This document shows positions 9,182-18,052 of a DNA stretch of 64,000 bases, piece by piece. The DNA comes from Candidatus Sulfomarinibacteraceae bacterium (GTDB lineage Bacteria; Acidobacteriota; Thermoanaerobaculia; Thermoanaerobaculales; Sulfomarinibacteraceae): NCBI GenBank assembly GCA_963796455.1, contig CAWCLO010000001.1:512001-576000 (forward strand), in the 5' to 3' direction. Below the pieces are notes generated by a model, which worked only from the letters and a program-made list of their open reading frames with translations, ran no database searches and was not told where the DNA came from. The stretch's first letter is position 1; each line of letters opens with the position of its first letter. The position numbers and the translations under genes are program-made.

Positions 9182-9988
9182 TCACTTCTCCCGACTAAAA
9201 ACCGTTGCCAGGAAACCGAGCATCGCTTCGGTGACCGCCTGCGGTTGTTCGAGGGCCGAGAGGTGGCCGGAACCGGGAATCACGGTCAACGATGCGTTCG
9301 GAAGCACCTCCACCATCTGCCGTGAAACCGACGGAGGCAGGGTCCTGTCTTCGTCACCGACGATCACCAGCGCCGGCATCGCGACCTCGCGGAGCCGGTC
9401 GAGCACCGAATCGCGCCGCACGAGGGCGCCGAGAGTGGCGCTGATGGACGGCAGGTGGACCGAAGTGAATTTCTCCGCCCACTCATCGACGAGTCCCGGA
9501 TTCTCTCGAAAGGTCGTCTTGCCGAACATGAGCGGAAGAACGCCGGGCAGAAACGGCCGCAGGCCAAAGGTTTTCGCACCGAGATTCATCGCCGCGTATT
9601 TGATCTTTTTGAAAGCCTTTTCACGACCGGCGTGGGTATCGACGAGGATCAGCGCCAGGACCCGATCTGAAGCAGTCAAAGCAGCCCGCATGGCCACCAT
9701 GCCACCGATCGACAAGCCGCACCACACCGCTCGGTCGATGTCCAACTCGTCAAGGACCGCAACGACGTCATCGACCATATCGTAGAGTTCGAACTTCCCT
9801 GCGACGGGCCCGGATCGACCGTGGCCTCGCTGGTCGACATTGATGACGCGGTAGTGTTCGGCCAGAGGACCGATCTGCGCCGCCCACATCTCGCCCGAGC
9901 AGAGAAAGCTGTGACCGAGAACGATGGGTGGCCCGTCGCCGTGGTCTTCGAAGTAGATGCGAACTCCATCGTGTTCGATTTCGGGCAT
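9182..9988 (-). CDS. Alpha/beta hydrolase (enol-lactonase-like)
   Basis: DQRGHGRS, GLSIGG nucleophile elbow, GDED, SGHLS. Confidence 0.9.
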   Translation of the reverse strand: MPEIEHDGVRIYFEDHGDGPPIVLGHSFLCSGEMWAAQIGPLAEHYRVINVDQRGHGRSGPVAGKFELYDMVDDVVAVLDELDIDRAVWCGLSIGGMVAMRAALTASDRVLALILVDTHAGREKAFKKIKYAAMNLGAKTFGLRPFLPGVLPLMFGKTTFRENPGLVDEWAEKFTSVHLPSISATLGALVRRDSVLDRLREVAMPALVIVGDEDRTLPPSVSRQMVEVLPNASLTVIPGSGHLSALEQPQAVTEAMLGFLATVFSREK

Positions 9989-10209
9989 GGGGTGCCTCCT
10001 GGTGTGTCGTTAGGATTTTGGCGTGGCCATCGTAGTGGAAAGGGCGAGAGGAGGAAAGGGAGATCGGCCGGATGCTCGATACTGGATGTTCGATACTGGA
10101 TCCCGAGCCCGAGCCCGTTGCCGCTACCGAAAGGGAGAAAGAGTGAGAGGGAGAGAAAGGGAGAACCATCCGGCAACCATTTCGTGCGCGTGCGAATGCC
10201 GCCTCCAGA

Positions 10210-10287
10210 TGTCATCCTGAGCGGAGCCCCACGTTGTCACGGCGCAGCCTGAAAGGCGAAGACGGAAGGGGCGGAGTCGAAGGATCT
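10210..10287. repeat. Palindromic repeat family B, half copy
   Basis: TGTCATCCTGAGC...GGAGTCGAAGGATCT, reverse complement of the ends of 42-85. Confidence 0.7.
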
Positions 10288-10295
10288 ATGAGGTG

Positions 10296-10832
10296 GAACC
10301 ACTGCTGTCCAAAACTGCTCGTCAATTGAAGTTGCCCACCTGACACCACGAGGTTGACCGGTTGGTTTTTGGCATTTCCGGTTCGTGGTTGCTCCGGGGT
10401 CCGAGTCCGCGTCCAAATTACAGCGGCAGCGACAGTGTGCAGTGGCAGCGACACCGACAGTGATCAGCGGCAGGGAACAGCGACAGAGGACAGCGTTCGG
10501 CGGCAGCGATCAGGAGTCCAGTCGGCGAAACGGCCACCTCCGGGTCTTTCAACAAAAGGAACAGCCGCTGTGGTGTCGGCGTCGCGCCTGCCCACCGTGC
10601 GGCCGAGACGGCCGCACCACCAAGGCCGGATCCCCGAGGAATTAGTGCTGTTCACTGTCCCGGCCGCTGATCGCTGACGCTGATGACTGAACACTGCCGC
10701 TGGCGACTGTTCGCTGTCGCTGCCCCGGCCGCTGATCGCTGACGCTGACTCCTGATAGCTGACGCTGTCTGCCGTTCCCCGTCGCTGTCCCTGCACGCTT
10801 ATCCGAAACTCAGTCTTGGACAAGAGTGATCG
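10296..10832 (+). mobile_element. Element A copy 2, complete gene-less MITE-like copy with a REP-like palindrome in the middle
   Basis: Termini GAACCACTGCTGTCCAAAAC / GTCTTGGACAAGAGTGATC; CAGCG left arm and CGCTG right arm; internal GTGCGGCCGAGACGGCCGCAC. Confidence 0.8.
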
Positions 10833-10852
10833 AACATTGAGTAACCGTGGGG

Positions 10853-10922
10853 ATCTCCCTTTCTCCCTTCTCCCCCCTTCTCCCTTTCTCCTCTGCCCTT
10901 CTGCTCATCTGCTCCTCTGCTT
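10853..10922. repeat. (TCTCCCTT)n + (CTCTGCTC)-like run, complementary to the GGGAGAAA run at ~10131-10166
   Basis: Read directly. Confidence 0.7.
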
Positions 10923-10958
10923 TTCGACCCGTCCGGGATCGGGTGGTAATCTCTGCTG

Positions 10959-12164
10959 ATGGAAACAGTGACCCGTATCCTCTGCACGACATCGGAGATC
11001 AGCCTCAAGGGGGGCAACCGCCGGTGGTTCGAGCGCACGCTCACCGACAATATTCGAAAAGTCCTGATCGGACTGCCGAAGGCCCGGATCGCACGGCCTG
11101 CGTGGCGGGTCCTCATCAGCTTCGCGGAACCCGTCGCATTCGACGACGCCGCGCGACGGTTGGGCACGGTCTTCGGGATCGGTGCGATCATGGCCGTCGA
11201 ACACGCCGGCTCCACGATGGATGATCTTCAGAATCTCATCGAGGGCCGGATTGTTGATCTCGAAGCCTCCAGCTTCGCGGTCCGCTGCCAACGATCGGAC
11301 AAGAGATTCCCTCTCACTTCTCCTGAGATCGAGCGTTCGCTCGGATCCTTCATCCAGGAGCGTACGAACTGGCCGGTCCAGCTCAAGGGCCCCGACCTCA
11401 CGATTCACGTCCTGGTGGATGAAAATGGGATCTTCACCTGGACCCGTCGAATCAAAGGTCCCGGCGGCCTGCCGGTTGGCGTTGGGGGGAGAGCGACCTG
11501 CCTGCTCTCCGGTGGCATCGACTCTCCGGTCGCCGCTTATCAGATGATGAAGCGCGGTATGCAGATCGATTTCGTTCACTTCCACTCGGTGCCACGCACC
11601 GACCCGGCAAGCCTGGAAAAGGTCGAGGATCTGGTCAGGATTCTGATCCGCTATCAGCGGCCCGCCCGCCTCGCCATGGTGCCGCTTTTACCGATACAAG
11701 AGGAGATCGCCGCCCTTTGTCCGGCGGAACTGCGAGTCCTTCTGTACCGGCGATTCATGACTCGGTTGGCCGAAAAGGCGGCACATCGATTTCGATCCGA
11801 TGCACTCATTACCGGCGAAGCGCTGGGCCAGGTGGCATCGCAGACCATCCAGAATCTCAGGGCGGTCGAATCGGTGGCCACCATGCCGGTCCTTCGACCA
11901 CTGGTCTGTTTTGACAAACCCGAGATCATCGATATCGCACGACGGATGGGCACCTACGAGACCTCAATCCTCCCCCACTTCGATTGCTGCTCGTTTCTCC
12001 TGCCCGACAGCCCCGCCACCAAGTCAACCAAGGGAGAGCTCGATCGAGCCGAGGAAGCTCTCGACGTGGACGCGTTGGTCAGATCAGCGCTCGACGAAAC
12101 TGATGTGCGCCGCTTCGAGGAACCGGTCCCGTGGGACGAGATCCCACTACCGGAGGGGGTGTGA
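10959..12164 (+). CDS. thiI: tRNA 4-thiouridine synthase ThiI (THUMP + PP-loop, no rhodanese domain)
   Basis: EISLKGGNR, GPGGLPVG, LLSGGIDSPVA, TGEALGQVASQT, DCC motif. Confidence 0.95.
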   Translation: METVTRILCTTSEISLKGGNRRWFERTLTDNIRKVLIGLPKARIARPAWRVLISFAEPVAFDDAARRLGTVFGIGAIMAVEHAGSTMDDLQNLIEGRIVDLEASSFAVRCQRSDKRFPLTSPEIERSLGSFIQERTNWPVQLKGPDLTIHVLVDENGIFTWTRRIKGPGGLPVGVGGRATCLLSGGIDSPVAAYQMMKRGMQIDFVHFHSVPRTDPASLEKVEDLVRILIRYQRPARLAMVPLLPIQEEIAALCPAELRVLLYRRFMTRLAEKAAHRFRSDALITGEALGQVASQTIQNLRAVESVATMPVLRPLVCFDKPEIIDIARRMGTYETSILPHFDCCSFLLPDSPATKSTKGELDRAEEALDVDALVRSALDETDVRRFEEPVPWDEIPLPEGV

Positions 12165-12165
12165 G

Positions 12166-12777
12166 GTGAGCGACGACCGGCACCGATCGCGTCGCGACTT
12201 CCTCACCGGTTGGTTCGACGCATTCAAAACCGCATCGACAGCGGCCACCGGCGCATCCAAAACCAACCCGGAGACCGCGCTTCGGCCGCCGGGCGCACTC
12301 AAACCGGACGCGGATTTTCTCGCCGCCTGTACCGGTTGCGGCGACTGTGTGCCGGTTTGTCCAACCGACAGCATCATCACCATCGATCACGAGGACGGAA
12401 AAAAAATCCCGGTCATCGATCCCTCGGTCAAAGCCTGTTATCTGTGCACCGAGCTTCCCTGCATCGCAGCCTGTGGCGAGGGGGCCCTGGTGGATCCGGG
12501 AGGACCCGATCGGGTTCGCCTGGGCATTGCCCGGGTCAGCCCGAAAAGGTGCGTCACCTTCAAAGGGGAGAGCTGTCGCAGTTGTTATACGGCCTGTCCC
12601 TACCCGGACATGGCGATCATGTTGATCGGCAATAGACCCCTGATCGGCAGCGGTGCCTGCACCGGCTGCGGTCTGTGTGAAATGGCTTGCCCGGAATACC
12701 CCAAGGCCATCACCGTCATCGCCGAACGAAACCTCGTCCCCGGCCTCCGAATCCCCAAGGACGAACAAGCGGGCTGA
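12166..12777 (+). CDS. NapF/NapG/MauM-like 4Fe-4S ferredoxin-type protein
   Basis: SRRDFL, LRPPGA, four Cys clusters (CTGCGDCVPVCP ... CTGCGLCEMACP); GTG start 1 bp after thiI stop. Confidence 0.85.
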   Translation: MSDDRHRSRRDFLTGWFDAFKTASTAATGASKTNPETALRPPGALKPDADFLAACTGCGDCVPVCPTDSIITIDHEDGKKIPVIDPSVKACYLCTELPCIAACGEGALVDPGGPDRVRLGIARVSPKRCVTFKGESCRSCYTACPYPDMAIMLIGNRPLIGSGACTGCGLCEMACPEYPKAITVIAERNLVPGLRIPKDEQAG

Positions 12778-12786
12778 AGTGAGCAA

Positions 12787-12901
12787 GAGTTCGGAGTGTT
12801 GAGTTCGGAGTTCGGAGTTTTTACCCAGAGCCACTTCAATCGCATTGACCATCCGGACGGGTGGGTGGCATTCCGAACTCCGAATTCCGAATTCCGAACT
12901 T
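12787..12901. repeat. Paired inverted heptamer repeats (GAGTTCG)n / (CGAACTC, CGAATTC)n
   Basis: Complementary arms at 12787-12819 and 12871-12901 between convergent genes. Confidence 0.75.
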
Positions 12902-12905
12902 TGCC

Positions 12906-13907
12906 CTATAGCTCTGACTCGACCTTGAGCTGGCGGGTCATCAGTTCGCGGAGGGCGGTCTGTGGATCGACATCCCCCGCCAACAGCCTGGTCATGGCAT
13001 CGGTGATCGGCATATCAACACCGTGGTCATGGGCCAGTCGTGCTGCTGCCGGTGTCGTACGGACACCCTCCACCACTTCTCTCTGGGAACCGAGGATTGT
13101 GTCGAGATCTTCACCCCGACCGAGACGCTGTCCGAGAGTCCTGTTTCTCGACAGACCACCCGTACAGGTCAAAACCAGATCACCCATCCCCGCGAGCCCG
13201 CGGAATGTTTCGGCCTCGGCGCCCAACGCGACTCCGAGCCGGGTGATCTCGTGCAGCCCTCTCGTCATCAAGGCGGCCTGAGTGTTCGAACCCAGACCGA
13301 GCCCATCGACGATGCCGGCGGCGATGGCGATGACGTTCTTGAGGGCCCCGGCCAATTCCACCCCCACCAGGTCCGCTCCCGCATAGCACCTCAGATAATG
13401 ATCCGAGAACTCTTCCTGAAGACGGGCCGCGAGATCGAGGTCCGGGCAGGCCAGGACCGCCGCCGATGGATCGCCACGGATCACCTCGCGGGCAAAAGTG
13501 GGACCTGAAATGCAGCCGAAGCGTTCTTTTTCAAGACCCAACACTTCGTGGGCCATTTCATCCATTCGGCGAAGTGTCGCAGTCTCGATCCCCTTCGAGG
13601 CCGAGATCACCGCCTTGACCTTTGCGACCTCCGGTCTCAGGTCTTCCATCACCGATCGGCTGAACTGAACCGGCACGACCCACACCCAGATCTCCGAGTG
13701 ACGCGCGGCCGCCACCAGATCATCTGTGGCCGTGATGCCCTGATGGAGTTCGAGATCGGAAATAAAGAGCGGATTGAAATGATCGCGGTTGATGCCGTCG
13801 GCCACCTCCTGCTCGCGCGCCCACAGCATGACTTCGTGGCCACGACGGGCCAGCTGATGGGCCATCGCAGTGCCCCAGGATCCGCCTCCAAAAACGCTCA
13901 GCTTCAC
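12906..13907 (-). CDS. gpsA: NAD(P)H-dependent glycerol-3-phosphate dehydrogenase
   Basis: GGGSWGTA, SKGIE, GALKNVIAIA, GLAGMGDLVLTC...SRNR. Confidence 0.96.
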   Translation of the reverse strand: MKLSVFGGGSWGTAMAHQLARRGHEVMLWAREQEVADGINRDHFNPLFISDLELHQGITATDDLVAAARHSEIWVWVVPVQFSRSVMEDLRPEVAKVKAVISASKGIETATLRRMDEMAHEVLGLEKERFGCISGPTFAREVIRGDPSAAVLACPDLDLAARLQEEFSDHYLRCYAGADLVGVELAGALKNVIAIAAGIVDGLGLGSNTQAALMTRGLHEITRLGVALGAEAETFRGLAGMGDLVLTCTGGLSRNRTLGQRLGRGEDLDTILGSQREVVEGVRTTPAAARLAHDHGVDMPITDAMTRLLAGDVDPQTALRELMTRQLKVESEL

Positions 13908-13910
13908 CTT

Positions 13911-14513
13911 CTACCTCCATCCGTCATCATCGATTTTGACCTCCTCGCCAGCCAGCATCCTGCGGATATTCGAACTGTGGCGAAAAATGATCAGAATCGA
14001 TGCCGCACTGACCGAGACCAGGGTCACGATGTCAGGGTCGTCAATCAATTTGAGCACCAGCGGAAAACTCGCGCTGGCCATCATCGATGCCAGGGCCACC
14101 CAGCGCCAGATCAGGAGCACCAGGATCCAGAGCCCAAAGGCCGCCAACGTGCTGAGCGGAGCGATCACGAGAAAAGCCCCTATCCCCGTAGCCACACCCT
14201 TGCCACCCCGGAACTTGAGCCAGACGGGATAGCAGTGCCCGATCACCACAGCCAGCATGGCAGCCGACACCCAGGCGCTCGACGGGTTGTAGCGCTGCAT
14301 CAACCAGACCGGGATCGCTCCCTTTGCGATATCGACCAGGGTCACCGCCGCACCAACCCTCCACCCCGCCGCCCGAAGCGCGTTGGTGCCGCCGACGTTG
14401 CCCGAACCGGTCTCACGGACATCTCCGCCGGTCACCGCGCGGACCACGAGCAGGGCCGTGGGCAGCGAGCCCATGAGATATGCCAGGGCGACGATCAGCA
14501 ACTCGTAACTCAC
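13911..14513 (-). CDS. plsY: Glycerol-3-phosphate acyltransferase PlsY
   Basis: GSGNVGGTNALR, GHCYP, FRGGKGVAT, RHSSNIRR. Confidence 0.95.
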   Translation of the reverse strand: MSYELLIVALAYLMGSLPTALLVVRAVTGGDVRETGSGNVGGTNALRAAGWRVGAAVTLVDIAKGAIPVWLMQRYNPSSAWVSAAMLAVVIGHCYPVWLKFRGGKGVATGIGAFLVIAPLSTLAAFGLWILVLLIWRWVALASMMASASFPLVLKLIDDPDIVTLVSVSAASILIIFRHSSNIRRMLAGEEVKIDDDGWR

Positions 14514-15079
14514 GTGAGGGGATACCTTTCAAGCGCAGTGTACACCGCGCCACCCGGCTGGAGATCGCTTTCAAAGAGCACGACCTCCGTGCACGTGAAT
14601 GGCGGTGGATCGATGGCCTCGCCCCATTCGATGAATTCTTCGACCGATGATCTGGGCCACGACTGCCGCAACCTCGCCAGGGTCAGGTGCAGGGACCAGG
14701 GTCTCCGTTCGCGTCGGATACCGATGGCTGCGGCCGCATTTTCGACGGCCGCAACGACCCCGTCAACGCCATCAGCGGTCCCTCCCAACCACGCCACCCG
14801 AGGCCGGGACTTTGTCGGGAAAAAACCGGCGCCACCAATTCGCACAAAAACCGGTCCGTGGCCGCACAATGAAGGACCGAGTTCCTCAGTGAGACCGTCT
14901 AGCAACCCACGATCGACATCACCGAGGAATTTGAGCGTCAGATGCCATGCCTCAGGTCGAGTCCATCGCGCCTTCGGCATTTCGGTCCGGATGCGATTTC
15001 GGCGTTGAACGAGAGATTCTCTGATTTCCTCGGGAAGCTCGAGTGCGAGAAAGGCGCGAACGGATCCCCGTTCATTCAT
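14510..15079 (-). CDS. thpR: RNA 2',3'-cyclic phosphodiesterase (2H family)
   Basis: HLTLKFLG and HLTLAR 2H motifs; follows cinA. Confidence 0.9.
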   Translation of the reverse strand: MNERGSVRAFLALELPEEIRESLVQRRNRIRTEMPKARWTRPEAWHLTLKFLGDVDRGLLDGLTEELGPSLCGHGPVFVRIGGAGFFPTKSRPRVAWLGGTADGVDGVVAAVENAAAAIGIRRERRPWSLHLTLARLRQSWPRSSVEEFIEWGEAIDPPPFTCTEVVLFESDLQPGGAVYTALERYPLT

Positions 15080-15086
15080 TTCCGAA

Positions 15087-16334
15087 TCAGCTCAGCAACC
15101 GACGGCGCAGGAGATCGAGGGCTGCATTGACACTCCATTCCCTGACAATCCTGCGGTCGCCGGGGAACACGCGGTGCGCCGCCGAAGTCCCATCCGGTCC
15201 GGCAACCGCCCAGTGGACCAGACCCACCGGTTTCTCGTCGCTGCCGCCGGTCGGGCCCGCGATGCCCGTGATCCCGACCCCCCAGCTACTGGAAAAACGT
15301 TCACGAACACCTTCGGCCATGGCTCTCGCCACAGGTTCCGAAACGGCGCCGTGTTCGACGAGCAGATCCCGCTGTACATCGATAATGCTTTCTTTTGCCT
15401 GATTGGAGTAGGTCACGGCGCCGCCAGAAAAAACATCCGACGCCCCCGCGATATCGGTCAGCCTGGCGCTCATCAAGCCTCCGGTGCACGACTCGGCGAC
15501 GGAGAGTGTTTCGCCCCGATCTCGAAGCCGTTCCAGAACCACCTCCGGCAGGCCATCGACGTCTGCGCCCGCCACATCGTCTCCGAGGTTTTCACGAAAA
15601 GCGACATCCATGGTGTCCACCCTGCGCCTCGCGGCAATCTCGTCTCCCTCCGCGGAGAGCACGAAGCGCACAACTCCGTAGGAGGCGAGGATGGTGATGT
15701 TTTCGCGCCCGAAACGTTCATAAAGGTGGAGGATCTTCTGCTCGGTGTCGGATTCGACCACCCCGCCCAAAAGCAGGGTACGGCTGATTCTGGCGCTACC
15801 CAGCCCCCACAAAGCGACCTCGGGCGCCAGGTCACGATCAAGCATCTCCTCCATCTCCCACGGCACGCCCGGAAACGCGGCCAGGATCTTCCCCCGGGTT
15901 TCCACCATGATGCCGGGTGCCGAACCTCGCTCGTTCTTCAACGGACGCGAACCGGCCACGACCCGAGCCATGGTCTTGCAGACTTCCGGCATGGGTCTGC
16001 CGAGGAAGGCATAACGATCACGAATCTGCCGTTCGACTTCGGCGTTTGCTTCGATGCTCCGACCGAGGGCGAGTGCAACCCCATCGCGGGTCACATCGTC
16101 TGCGGTCGGCCCCAATCCACCGGTTACGACCACAAGGTCGTGACGAGCCATCAATTCACGGATCGCCACGGCCACGTCATCTACCACATCGCCGACAACC
16201 CTTTTTTCATCGACCACGATGCCGTGGCGGGCAAGAACCCGGGTGACGGTCAAAGAGTTTGAATCGAGACGACGCTCACCCAACAGTTCTGATCCCACAG
16301 CAAGGCAGGCGGCGCTCCGGCGTTCAAGGGTCAT
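15087..16334 (-). CDS. cinA: CinA-like protein (MoCF domain + NMN deamidase PncC)
   Basis: GGLGPTADD, AESCTGG, GITGIAGPTGG; GGAGG SD before 16334. Confidence 0.92.
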   Translation of the reverse strand: MTLERRSAACLAVGSELLGERRLDSNSLTVTRVLARHGIVVDEKRVVGDVVDDVAVAIRELMARHDLVVVTGGLGPTADDVTRDGVALALGRSIEANAEVERQIRDRYAFLGRPMPEVCKTMARVVAGSRPLKNERGSAPGIMVETRGKILAAFPGVPWEMEEMLDRDLAPEVALWGLGSARISRTLLLGGVVESDTEQKILHLYERFGRENITILASYGVVRFVLSAEGDEIAARRRVDTMDVAFRENLGDDVAGADVDGLPEVVLERLRDRGETLSVAESCTGGLMSARLTDIAGASDVFSGGAVTYSNQAKESIIDVQRDLLVEHGAVSEPVARAMAEGVRERFSSSWGVGITGIAGPTGGSDEKPVGLVHWAVAGPDGTSAAHRVFPGDRRIVREWSVNAALDLLRRRLLS

Positions 16335-16539
16335 GAGTCCTCCAGGGAACACGATACTCGATACTCGATCGTTGATCATCGCATTCTGATTGCCGCTAGG
16401 ATACCGCGACGAACTTCAATGGACGGCCGGTCAATCGAGGATCGACAACCCAGCATCGAGTTTCGGGCGGACAAATAAGATTTCGGGTAGAATCTCCCCG
16501 CCGCATTGCGGCGATCAACCGCTTTCCAGGAGGCATTAC

Positions 16540-17916
16540 ATGTCGACAATCACCCGCACTATTTCCGATTTTGCGGTCGCCGTTCGCTACGAGGACCTGC
16601 CGCCAGAGGTCGTTCGCGAGGCGAAAAGATTTCTGATGGACTCGGTGGGCTGCGCCCTCGGCGGCGCCCAGCAACACGATGTCCACCTCGCGCGAGAAGT
16701 GCTTACCGAAACCGCCGGCGCCGGGCCCTGCCGGGTTCTGGTCACCGGTGAGCGGTGGGACCCGCTTTCAGCATCGTTGCTCAACGCGCTGATGATCCGG
16801 GTGATGGATTACAACGATATTTACTGGATGCAGGATCCCTCGCACCCCTCGGATCTGATCCCCGCCGCCATGGCCCTGGCCGAGAGAACCGGGAGTTCCG
16901 GACGGGACCTGCTGGTCGGAATCGCTCTCGCATACGAGTTCGAACAACGCCTGTGTGAAGTCTCCTACCCCGGTGTCCGGGAAATCGGCTGGCACCACGC
17001 CACCCTGACCGCAGCGGCCGCGCCTATTGCCGCCGGAAAGATGCTCGGCCTCGATGCCGAACAGATGCAGCACGCCATCGGTATTTCGGCGTCCCGTCAC
17101 TGCACACCGGGTTCGGTCACGGCCGGCAAGCTGACAATGATGAAAAACACCGTCGATCCCCTGGCCACCCAGAGCGGTGTGCTCGCGGCACTGCTCGCCG
17201 AACGCGGATACACCGGGCCCGAGCATGTGCTCGATGGCAAGGAAGGCTTCAGCCATGTCTTCGACAGCGAGTGGAAGTTCAATATATTGACCGACGGTCT
17301 GGGAGAAAGCTGGCGGATCATGAAATGTGGCATGAAGTTCTTCCCCACCGAAGCACTGACCCATGCGCCGATCTCCGCCACCCTCGATCTCGTGATCGAC
17401 AACGACCTGGCGCCGGATGAGGTGGAGCAGGTCACCATCTACTCGCTCGCACGCGCCGCGGACATCCTCGCGGATCCGTCGAAATATGATCCCCGCAGCA
17501 AGGAGACCGCCGACCACTCACTTCCCTATGTGATTGCCGCCGCGGTCGCCGAGCGTCAGGTGACGCCGGTGCAATTCACCGATGCCAAAATCATGGATCC
17601 GACGATTCGGGCCCAACTCAACAAGGTGAAGGTCATCGCCGATCCCGAGATCGAAGCGGTCTTCCCCGAGTTGCAACGGGTCCGGGTGGTCGTCACCACC
17701 ACCGACGGACGGGAGTTCTCGAAAGAACTCGATTATCCGAAGGGCGATCCCCGCAACCCACTCAGCGACGACGAGATCTCCGGAAAATTCTCGGCCCTGG
17801 CAGAGGGCATTGCGACGCCCGAAGATGTGGAGCGGATGCGGGCGGCCGTCAATCGCACCGAAGAGTTCGACAATGTCCGCGAACTGATGGGCGACCTTGT
17901 TGTTGAGAACCGGTAG
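16540..17916 (+). CDS. MmgE/PrpD family dehydratase
   Basis: MDYND, SHPSD, GWHH, ETADHSLPY, PKGDPRNP; AGGAGG SD. Confidence 0.88.
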   Translation: MSTITRTISDFAVAVRYEDLPPEVVREAKRFLMDSVGCALGGAQQHDVHLAREVLTETAGAGPCRVLVTGERWDPLSASLLNALMIRVMDYNDIYWMQDPSHPSDLIPAAMALAERTGSSGRDLLVGIALAYEFEQRLCEVSYPGVREIGWHHATLTAAAAPIAAGKMLGLDAEQMQHAIGISASRHCTPGSVTAGKLTMMKNTVDPLATQSGVLAALLAERGYTGPEHVLDGKEGFSHVFDSEWKFNILTDGLGESWRIMKCGMKFFPTEALTHAPISATLDLVIDNDLAPDEVEQVTIYSLARAADILADPSKYDPRSKETADHSLPYVIAAAVAERQVTPVQFTDAKIMDPTIRAQLNKVKVIADPEIEAVFPELQRVRVVVTTTDGREFSKELDYPKGDPRNPLSDDEISGKFSALAEGIATPEDVERMRAAVNRTEEFDNVRELMGDLVVENR

Positions 17917-18052
17917 TTCGGATTTCGGAATGACCGGTACCGGAGAACAGGGTCTCCCCTGGAGGGGCCTGGCATCCCGGCATGATGTTGTTTTCAACTT
18001 CGTGCCGACGTGCCCGGCATCCTCTCGAGAAGCGCGCTGACGGGAGGAAAAA

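Noticed and set aside
8899..10823. Short QRQR/SDSD-rich ORFs within element A copies (also 19997-20497, 49778-50082)
   Set aside because: Frames are not conserved between copies; products of CAGCG repeats
11800..12165. N-terminal extension of the ferredoxin ORF
   Set aside because: Overlaps thiI out of frame; GTG at 12166 is the plausible start
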